From NCBI GenBank assembly GCA_964291365.2, contig OZ219975.1, positions 693 to 64,692 of the forward strand: DNA of 64,000 nucleotides. Reading direction: 5' to 3'. The notes under the pieces are model-generated. The model saw only the letters and a program-made list of their open reading frames with translations, was not told the origin of the DNA and ran no database searches. The stretch comes from Stappiaceae bacterium. Its GTDB lineage: Bacteria; Pseudomonadota; Alphaproteobacteria; Rhizobiales; Stappiaceae. This document shows positions 12,149-21,880 of the stretch, piece after piece. Numbering within the stretch: position 1 is the stretch's first letter; each line of letters begins with the position of its first letter. A program made the translations under genes and the position numbers.

Positions 12149-13139
12149 GAGGGTCAAATAACAATCAGGTCTTTTATACCTTATAGCATTTTGTGTGGTG
12201 CTACATTTCTAAGATCTCCATGTATATCTGTCATGCAAAAGAAAGAGAGAGGATGAGAATAGGAGCAGCAAGAGGGGACATCTCGCCTTATATGATATCC
12301 TTGACCATTAGTCTCTTATACCTATAGCATGACAGCCAATAAAATAGGAACTTAAAGGTGGAGAGAGCTAGAGAGGAAGAGAGAGAGAGAGAGAGAAATG
12401 TCGGTGGGGGTTAGGGGGACAAAAAATTGCATATTCAGGAGTGTAAAAATGGAGTTCTCACCTTAGATCCATGCACTGCTCCATTTCTAGATCTTTGACC
12501 ACTACACGTATGCAAACGAAACACAGGGAAAAAAGATGAGAGGAGCAAGGGGATCGAGTTTCTCACCTCGTATGACAGGTGGTGGTCAATATCTGCTGTG
12601 CAGTAGATGGCCCCTCTTATACTACAATGTACAGTGAATAGATGAGCTAGAGTTTAGGTGATGAGAGAGGTGTGTGAAGATAATGAACAATCATATATAC
12701 TCATGCAGGGAGAACACAAAGAAAGTACATAGAGCTCTCTCATCTTCGGATGTTGTATTCACTGCTCCTTTCAAAGTCTCCAATGGTTAAACTAGGAGTG
12801 TGAAGAGAAAATGAGACAGGGAGGAGCAACAGAAGATCTTATGTGACAGGTGGTGGTTGTGCAGTGGCTGGCCCCCTCTTATACTATTACCTAATAATAA
12901 TTATGTAATAAGTACTTAATCGACACAAGTTGGGGAGAGGGTAAGGAAGAGTGAAGGGGGGTTATATCATATTTACTTACTTTCGTGGATGTTTAGACAA
13001 CAATGAGTGATATCTCGTCAATAGAGATCAACCAGAGTACTGCAAAAAAATTCAGATGCTAATAAGCCGAAAATTAGAAATTACTCAGCCAATCTATGGC
13101 TGATCATAAAGACTGATACACAAAATTAATGTATATGGC

Positions 13140-13460
13140 ATAAGCCATAAGCAATGAGACCACCTGCCTAAAGATGACAGATCTTGACAGGTTGCTGCCC
13201 AAAGATGAAACATCTTGACAGCTACGGCCATAGACAAACCCAGAATGAAGTAGCTAAACTTGCAACCATTTGTAAATTGACAGGTATTGAATGGGACACC
13301 ACTGAACCATAAAAAATGAGACCACCTGCCTAAAGATGACACATCTTGACAGGTTGCTGCCCAAAGATGAAGCATCTTGACAGCTACGGCCATGGATAAA
13401 CCTACTGTAAGGCAGCTAAGCTTACAACCCCTTATAAATTGACAAGTACATGTATGAGAC
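13140..13460 (+). repeat. Two tandem monomers of about 162 bp inside the 2.9-kb element
   Basis: atgagaccacctgcctaaagatgaca[g/c]atcttgacaggttgctgcccaaagatgaa[a/g]catcttgacagctacggccat occurs at 13154 and 13316. The repeated peptide in ORF 13094-13393 (-) reflects this. Confidence 0.85.
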
Positions 13461-14209
13461 TGACCACACAGCCAAGGGGACTTGATTACTCATAGCTAGC
13501 TAGCTACACAAGCACTCACACATTTAAAAGACCAAAGTACAGTTACTTACTCGTTACCTCGCCTTGGTTTACGCCGTCTCACTCCTTAGAAGCTCTCAGC
13601 AGAGTCAACTTGTGACGAGTACCGCCATTTTCGACTGGAGAGCAGTTTAAATGTTTGCGCATGCGTGCTGACCTCGGTGCCGCGGACGGTTGACGGTATC
13701 GTATCGTCCGGTAACACGGTTGCTGCTGACCGCTTATCAACGACGGGCAAGTACGGCCAATCCGTGCTAGTACCTGGCCACACCGACGGTAAACAGACGG
13801 CCACGTATTTCAACTATCCCGTATGATCCCGTAATTTTATCTTTCAACGGTATCCGTCTACTAACGTATATGGCATGCATTTTCCCTGTGATAGCTTGTG
13901 TATGTTCAACGTTCAAGACTGCTCCGTATTCTTAGTCCGCACAGCTTCTCGGTATACTTAGCCACGTGTTGGCAAAAGTATCCGATAAGTCTTACGGCGA
14001 ATTTTACAGAGAAACTTGGCGCATGCGCATTCAGTGTGTATCAGGCCCCTTCTCCTCCCCTCAAAGGGCCTGGGGACGAGGCTAGTTATGTTGTAGAGCG
14101 AGAAGATCAAATGTTCCGAGCATTGAGGTGCATAACCAGCTGTTGAGATGGCTCATCTTTCAATAGTAAGACTCACCTAAGATGGCACATCCTTATACTG
14201 AAAGTGCAT

Positions 14210-14589
14210 GGGCGTCGGAAGCATATAGAGAGTGGGGGGCTCTTGAATACAGTAAGTGCACACAAAGCACGCGCAAAATTTTAGAGACCACGCCCGGGAC
14301 ACACCCCTACGGTGTGCTAGCGCGATCCACGTAGTTCAGTCTTGTGAACATGCAAAACTAAGCTAGCGCAAAGCAAGGTGAAATACATTGTTATAGATAT
14401 GTACAAAATGTAATAAACTGTCCTGCTGCGATCGGCATGCGCTAGACTAGACGCGCACACGAACGCGCCTGCGCGCGCACGATCACACGATGCCTTAATG
14501 TAAAAAAAAATACCAGACCACGCCTACCCTGAATGTAAAAAAAGGGGGGGGGGGCATGGTCCCCCTGATCCCCCGGATGCGATGCCTAT
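14210..14589. mobile_element. Unclassified 380-bp non-satellite insertion within a satellite monomer (also at 61825-62201)
   Basis: It interrupts ..ctgaaagtgcat | ggagtgtgtgagtaa. The terminal similarity is weak (CATGGGCGTCG versus CATAGGCATCG). It contains an 11-G run (14544-14554). Its class is unknown. Confidence 0.4.
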
Positions 14590-15932
14590 GGAGTGTGTGA
14601 GTAAAGTGCGTGTGTACATGTGAAACTTCAGCTGTTGCGTATCAGAGCGGGCATTTGGAACGTACAGATTATTAAGGACTAGCCTGCTGTTAAGTTGGTA
14701 CATCTTTCAACTGTAAGTGTCCGCTAAGTTGGCACATCTTTAAGCTGAATGAGCATAGGAATGTGTGAGTATTGTACGTGCGTACATGTGAAACCAGTTT
14801 GTTGCGTGTCAGAGCGAGCGATTGGAATGTACATGTACTTAGCATTTAGGACTAGCCTGCTGTTAAGATGACACATATTTCAACAGTAAGACTCAGCTAA
14901 GATTGGAATGTACTGAGCATTTAGGACTATCGTGCTGTTAAGATGGCACATCTTTCATCAGTAAGACTCAGCTAAGATGGCACATCTTTAAGCTGAAAGA
15001 GCATAAAAGAGAGTGTGTGTAATGTACGTGGATACGTGTGAATTATTGTGCATCAGAGCGAGTGATTGGACTGTATTGAGTATTAAGGACTAGCCTGCTG
15101 TTAAGATGACTCATCTTTCAACAGTAGGACTTAGCTATGATGGCACATCTTTAGCCTGAAAGAGCATAAGCGTTTGTGAGTAATGTGCGTGTGTACATTT
15201 GAAACTTCAGCTTGTTGTGTATCAGAGCGAGTGTACCGAGCATCTACTTCTAGCCTGCAGTTAAGATGGTACATTTTTCAATAGTAAGACTCAGCTAAGT
15301 TGGCACATTTTATAGCTGAATGAGCATAAGAGTGTGTGAGTACGTGCGTGCATGTCACAGTGAAATTTCAGATTGTTGTGTATCAGAGCGAGCGAATGGA
15401 ATGTACATGTATCATGCAATAAGGACTAGTCTGCTATGAAGATGACACGTCTTTCAACAGTAAGACTCAGCTAAGATGGTACATCTTTAAGCTGAATGAG
15501 CATAAGCGTGTGTGAGTAATGTACCTGCATACGTGCGAAAGTTGAGCATGTTGTGTATCAGAGCAAGAGATTGGAATGTACCGAGCATTTATGACTAGCC
15601 CGCTGTAATGATGGCACATCTTTCAACGGTAGGATTCTGCTAATGTAGCACATCTTTAAGCTGAAAGAGCATGAGTATTTTATGTGTGTACATGTGAAAT
15701 TCTAGCCCGTTGTGTATAAGAGTGAGCGATTGGAAAGTACATGTACTGAGCATTGAGGACTAGCCTGCTGTTAAAATGGCACATCTTTAAACAGATTCAG
15801 CTAAGATGGAAGCTTAATGAGCGTAAGTGTATGCGAGCAATGTACGTGCGTACATGTTAAATTTCAGCCTGTTGCGTATCAGAGCGAGTGATTGGAATGT
15901 ACATGTACTTAGCATTTAGGAATATCCTGCTG
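14590..15932 (+). repeat. 169-bp satellite array
   Basis: Same monomer family, a diverged subfamily with some acatgtac insertions. Confidence 0.9.
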
Positions 15933-16325
15933 TAGCCTCGTCCCCAGGCCCCTCCCTACGCGAAAGAAGGGCCTGGTACACACCAACTGTGCATGTGCAA
16001 GATTATCAGTAAAATTTCCGCAAAATTGTCCGTATTCTATAGCTTACCGCGTGACATCTTGACTTCTAGTTCAAACAAGCACCTGGTTAAGCGTCTTCGA
16101 TGTCGCTTGCCTGTCAACCGCTCGAACGAAGTCTTTGCGCTCCCCTCGTGTTTGTTGGCTAAACGCAAGGAGATTGAGAAGATGACGTAATCGTAAATAG
16201 ATAGTTTACTGAGAATTTTACGGGAATATACGATGTACCCAGATTTTGGATACAAACGGGCGCATGCGCAGTCGGTGTGTATTAGGCCCTTCTCCCGCGT
16301 AGGAAGGGGCCTGGGGACGAGGCTA
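15933..16325. mobile_element. MULE-like MITE (about 65-bp TIRs, 9-bp TSD)
   Basis: The left end is TAGCCTCGTCCCCAGGCCCCTCCCTACGCG..GGCCTGGTACACACC. The right end is its inverted complement and includes GCGCATGCGC at 16260-16269. The direct repeat ATCCTGCTG lies at 15924-15932 and 16326-16334. The target is the satellite motif cctgctgttaag. Confidence 0.8.
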
Positions 16326-16730
16326 ATCCTGCTGTTAAGATGGCACATCTTTCAACAGTAAACCTCAACTAAGGCGGCTCATCTTTAAGCTGAATGAGCA
16401 TAAGAGTGTGTGAGTAATGTACTTGCGTTCATGTAAAATTTCAGCTTGTTTAGTATTAGATCGAGCGAGTGGAATGTACATGTACCGAGCATTTAGGACT
16501 AACTTGCTGTTAAAAAGCCAAAATGTCACATCTTTAAGCTTGAAGAGCTTAAATGTGTGTGAATAATGTGCGTGTGTACATGTGAAACTTCAGCTTGTTG
16601 TGTATTAGAGCGAGCAATTATAATGTACCGAGCATTAATGACTAGCCTACTGTTAAGATGGCACATTTTTCAGCAGATGGCAGATCTAGAGTATAAGAGT
16701 GTGTAAGTAATGTGCGTGTGTACATGTGAT
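16326..16730 (+). repeat. 169-bp satellite array
   Basis: Same monomer family. Confidence 0.9.
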
Positions 16731-17256
16731 ACCGTAGTTCGGGAAAAATTCGCGTATATAAATTTTCACGTTTTAACATTTCGTGTTAAAAATTTTTCGG
16801 ACATCGCCTATTTGTCCGAAAAATTTTTAACACGAAATTTTAAAACGTGTTACTAGTCAGATCCGACGGCCCACAGTGAACGTGAGCCAGCCGATCATGG
16901 AAGAGTTCGAAAGACCCTGCTGTATTCGAGGCTACCATGTTTATCAGGAAGTATGGACGGCAGCAGTTGGCTAGAGCGATCGCTTGCGATGGAATCGACA
17001 GCGACAAGGGTCCCTTGGGAATAGGCAGGCCATCCTTTGGCTTGAAGTAAGTCAGGGTCGACATGGCTGAACTCGAACTGCAGTACACGCTTTCTTTCAG
17101 ACTAGACGGTGCACGCGTGCGTATGCGCGATATTTTCAGACCGTAAATATTTCGTTGCTTTAATTATTCGTTATAGTTAATATTTCGAGTGTTTAATTTT
17201 CGGACACCACTGCGCATCCGAAAATTTTTAACGCCGAATTTTTCTCGAAGTACGGT
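16731..17256. mobile_element. Unclassified 526-bp TIR element
   Basis: The TIRs are ACCGTAGTTCGGGAAAAATTCG and CGAATTTTTCTCGAAGTACGGT. There is a subterminal palindrome at about 16770-16855. It interrupts the satellite motif catgtgaaacttcag, and the TSD is not resolvable. An internal + frame reads IRGYHVYQEVWTAAVG*. From memory only, this resembles a motif seen in TE-borne ORFs of aquatic metazoans. Confidence 0.6.
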
Positions 17257-18654
17257 ACTTCAGCTTGTGTATCTGAGCGAGTGATTGGAATGTACCGAGC
17301 ATCTATGACTAGCCTGCTCTCAAGATGGCACATATTGAAACTGAAAGGGTGAGAGTGTTTGAGCAATATGCTCGTGTGCATGTGAAACTTCGCTTGTCGT
17401 GCATCCTAGTGAGCAGTTGAGATGTACATGTAGCAAACATTTAGGGGACTACTCAGGTGGTCTAAGGACTGGGACACCCATACCAGAGCATGATTTTAGC
17501 TGTAACTTCAGCCATCATATCTCTAGAACACTACATTATATGGACAAGAATATTTTACCAAAAGATAGCTCAACTCTTTCTCTAACCGAAACTAATTGAT
17601 AGCCACACCCATTAATTAGTCTCCTCCTTATGACGTCATCCACAAAGGCTGTTTTATAGACAAAATCGAAAAAGGCGGCGGTGAAGATCGACCTTGACGA
17701 CTATGTCTCTAGTCCTTAAATAAAGATTATATGCCTAACTACTAAATATCACGGGGGCAAGTTGATCTATCATCATACTAAGCGGGAATGCCACAAAATG
17801 TAAGAATCCTAGGGTAACATGGGGGTTGTTTACCTGAATATCTTCCGTCCCGTACAGCAGTTCTTTCTGCCCCAGGGCAGTATGCCTTAAAATCGTTGTT
17901 ACTTGCTTCGTATAACGGAGATATCTTCTCAGCTAAGCGTCTTCACCGCCGCCTCAGCTACCCTCTGCCTCTGTACAGCTACTCTATGGCAATGATCGTG
18001 GTCATGTGACTAAACGTATAGCGGTATATCGCGCGCACGTGATCCTGCTCTGGCGCGTGCGTACCCAGTCCTTAGACTACCTGAGTATCCTACAGATTAG
18101 TTAGCTATGGGAATTATTTGGAACACAGTTCTCTTTACCACAAATGTCTAACATTGATAAACGTCCATCTCATTGTAAAAAGACTTGGTATGTAGGTTGT
18201 TATGTGCATCAATTATTTTTTGTAATGCTATTTATTATAGAAGCAGTTTATGGCTACTATGAATGTTGTAGGTAGAGAGAGCTGACAAAGTGCTGAAGAG
18301 GAACAATGGCAGGAAGCATTCAAGTTTTAACCGTGATTGACTAAAATGCAACAACTGAGTGGATGTATCTACTCTCTTCATTATTATGCTATTAATACTT
18401 AAACTTGTTGTAATGCAAATTTATACACATGCGCTATATGATATGATTCAGACGGTATAGAACTGACTGGAACGGGATCGTCGGACGGACGAAGGCGGTC
18501 CACGCTGTCCGATCGGACAGACGGATTATATAGAATGTGTCGCACAACGGACAATTGTGGATAAAACGGATAAATAGAGAGACTCATCACGTATCTGACA
18601 GCGGACTAAGTGAAAAGAAGTGGTCCCAATACGGGCGACAACGGTACTCGTTAT
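17257..18654 (+). mobile_element. Terminal satellite monomers plus truncated right arm of a CACTA/CMC-like element (interrupted by a MITE)
   Basis: 17340-17451 plus 18086-18654 is homologous to 40430-41180. Homology stops at ..ggtactcgttat (18654), where satellite 2 begins, so the right TIR is missing. Confidence 0.7.
17452..18085. mobile_element. TA-flanked MITE (Tc1/mariner-style target)
   Basis: The TIRs are CTCAGGTGGTCTAAGGACTGGG and CCCAGTCCTTAGACTACCTGAG. The TA duplication lies at 17450-17451 and 18086-18087. The uninterrupted homologue at about 40529-40545 reads gacTAtcctac. Confidence 0.85.
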
Positions 18655-19742
18655 ATTGGCTATACGAGATCGTTATGAAGTTCAAACATCATTCAATAAC
18701 TAGGGAGTAGCCATAGCCAGCTGCTAATATAGTCAGCCAACTCGCTGGTTGATTTTCCTAGGTTTTGGGCTGAAAAAACAGCGCATGCGCTGTTCGGTAG
18801 TGATCGTCGATGGACAACTAACCGTTGACGATCTATACCAAATTGCGCATGCGCCTTTGGCTTTCATATCCATTTTCGCTCGCTTTGGCGATCTGTCATA
18901 GAGAATTATGGTTTATCTTAAGGAGTTAATGTTGTTCGCTTAATGTGAACCTTTATGGGGAGGGGATTCGTTAGCCTATTTGGGAGTAGCCATAGCACTC
19001 CTATTTTGAAGTTCAAACAACGTTAAAAATCTACGGAGTGGCCATAGACCGTTGCTGAAATAGTCAGCCAACTCGATGGTTGATTCTCCTGGCCTTTTGG
19101 ACTAAATGTCTTCAGTCTACAGCGCATGCGCCGTTCTGTAGGTATCGTCGATGGACAAGCAAGCATAGACGACCTATAGCGAACTGCGTGAGCGCTTGTG
19201 GTTCTCATATCCATGTTCGCTCGCTTTGGCGATCAATCATCGAGAATTATGGTTGTATCTTGGACGGGTAAGGTCAGTCGCTCACTGTAAGCCATTTTGG
19301 GGGGGAAGGGCAGTTTGTTAGCCCTATTTAGTGATCTAACGTTATGGTTATTCTATGAAGCTCAAACAGCATTCAAAATTTAGGGAACGGCCACAGCCCG
19401 TTGCACCTCTGTTAATATAGTTAGCTAACTCACTGATTGATTTCCCTGATCTTTGAACTAAGTATCTTCAGTCTACAGCGCATGCGCTGATCTGTAGTTA
19501 TCGTCCATGGTGGCTCCTATGTCCATTTTCGCTCGCTTTGGCGATCTATCATAGAGAAATTATGGTTGTATCTTGGAGAGGTAAGGTCAGTCGCTCATTG
19601 TGAGCCCTTTTGTGGGGGGGGGGGGGGGGGGTGGAAGGGTTGTTCGTTGGTCTATTTAGCATTCTTAACGTTTCGGCTATTCGAAGAAGCTCGCATAATC
19701 TATGTAATGGCCATAGCCCGTTACACCACCGTTAGTATAGTG
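18655..19742 (+). repeat. Satellite 2, about 3 units, with an 18-G run at 19614-19631
   Basis: The unit landmark ctg[ag]ttgat occurs at about 18745, 19075 and 19433. GCGCATGCGC occurs at 18781, 18845, 19122 and 19478. Confidence 0.9.
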
Positions 19743-20608
19743 TAAGTGGTTCATGTTTGATATACAGGTAGAGGACACTGAGATGGGTTCTGTAGCTGTA
19801 CATGACAATGCTGCAGACATTATTGAGTCAGGTTAGTTATAGGCCACATTGGGACATTGGGAGGTGTGGTGAAATGGTGACCCTTGCCAACTGCTGCTAC
19901 AATCTTGAATATGTGACTGTAGGCAGTACCAATCACTTCATTGTTGGAGGTGTTGGTTGTTAAGTGCAGTTCATTGATAACCCTTTTAAACGATTCATGC
20001 AGAGTGGTCGGTAAGTGCCCATCGACTTCATACCTAGACATCGTATTACTAGATGTGGTTGATGGGTATGGCCGATACAAACTCATCATTTGTGCTGTTT
20101 TGACAGTGAGCTCAATGTATAGGTAAGGTCTGTCGAGTAATTCACCGATCTATTGCAGCATAGGCTATGCTACACTAAAATGGCATGTAGTGCAGTGTGC
20201 GCAGGATAGAGCTCTAGAAAGCACTACTTAAGGTCAGACTTCCAGTTATGTGTTTTCTTGCTGACATGCTTATGAAGCACTTAACCATCATCAATGTGTT
20301 TCCTGTACTATAAAACCAAGCCAGTTTGCCCTGCCCTTTGCTTGTATTCCTTTTGTGTGTTTGATAATGATTGCTTATTGTTCTATTACAGTTGAGAGAA
20401 AGAGATGTGAATTCCTACTGGATGATGAATTTATCGACACACATCATGGTCTGTCTCATACAATATCTCGAGCAAGCATCTAAGAAGATTGTATCGAGTT
20501 ATACAAAAATCATCTACCCCAAGTGGTTCATGAATATCCTTTCTGCATTGCCTACAAGCATGAAAAAGCAATCGACACTTGATGAGTGAGTAGAGATTTT
20601 TTTTTCAG

Positions 20609-21485
20609 CGTTTTGGGAAGTGGCTTACATCAAGGATTTTGATGGTGGGAGTACCTATATTCCCTCAGTACATCCCCATGCTGACATGTCGCATTATGGG
20701 GTGCTTGGTTCCATATTAGCTCATGGATTTATGTCTTGTGGATTGCTGCCAAATCGTCTAGCTTTTCCAGTTGTAGCATGCACATTGCTTGGATGTGATG
20801 TTGTAATCCCAGATGCAATTCTAATCGATTCATTCGTAGATTACGTCAGCTCCTACGAAGGTTCTGTGTTTCGTGAAGCTCTGCAAGTGTCAAAGGGTTC
20901 AGAAGCCACCTTCACACCGGTATTAGGGGAGTCTGTACTAAATATATTATCTACTATGGGTTGTCGTGAGATGCCTACACCTGGCAATATTCAACAGTTA
21001 ATCCTTCAGGTAGCACGGTATCAGCTTGTACGCAAACCATTAGGGGCACTACTTTCTCTTTATCGTGGAGTGCCTACCGAATACCACCCTTTCTTCAGTG
21101 GATTTTCAGTTGGTGACTTGCATGGTTTGTACAGGGCTCTTAATGCCACCCCAGGGTCGGTTATGAGCATGATTAAGGAATCAAAGGAGATGATCTCGAG
21201 CCAGGCGCAAGGGTGCTTGGATACCTTAGAACCTTCATAGGAAACTTAAACCACCAAGACTTGCATAACTTTCTACGGTTTGTAACTGGTAGCTCTGTAG
21301 ACATTGATAAGAAGATATCTGTGACTTTATACAGTCTCTCTGGTCTGGCACGAAGGCCAATAAGTTATACATGTAGCTGTACACTTGAGCTGTCTGTGAC
21401 ATACCTTACCTATCCTGACTTTGCTGAGGAGTTTCTGACTGTTCTGAGGAGCAAAGTTGCTTGGCCAATGGAAGCTGTGCAATAA
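20609..21485 (+). pseudogene. HECT-domain E3 ubiquitin-ligase-like sequence (C-terminal about 290 aa), one apparent frameshift
   Basis: ORF 21213-21485 reads ..LHNFLRFVTGSSVDIDKKISVTLYSLSGLARRPISYTCSCTLELSVTYLTYPDFAEEFLTVLRSKV.. This fits the HECT C-lobe pattern, FL.F.TGS followed by the catalytic-Cys motif TC...L.L..Y near the C-terminus. ORF 20620-21240 (..HYGVLGSILAHGFMSCGLLPNRLAFPVV..) fits the N-lobe. The two ORFs overlap in different frames at 21177-21240. I could not build a clean upstream exon structure. Confidence 0.6.
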
Positions 21486-21880
21486 TTAACTTGCTTAGCC
21501 CAAAGCACAACATTGTAACATAATTATTATAGATCTAGTTAGTGCAACAACTTTATCCACCTTGAGTATATAACAGTTAATAGTGAATGTTGTGCATTGT
21601 GTTGTTTTCTATGCTGCACAGATTTGATACAATGCAGCTTATAGCTTGTACACAACACACAATTATTATTATGCGTGGCAATTACGATGTGCACCTCACA
21701 AACATTAAATTTTACTTTGCATGGTGACAGATCTAGACAAACGGACAACACAAAATGTGATGTTTCACAATTACCAGTAAATGTCAACAGCAATAATTAA
21801 AACTTTGGTTTGACTGGGTGGGTGTATTGTTATTGGGGGGGGGGGGGGGATGAAGTGCATGCATGGGTATTATTATTTTA

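Noticed and set aside
19820-20126. Upstream exons of the HECT-like gene
   Set aside because: Candidate splice sites exist (acag|GTAGAGG at about 19768, tatag|gtaagg at about 20122, ttacag|TTGAGAG at about 20391). None of the frame combinations joins without a stop, so no model is reported.
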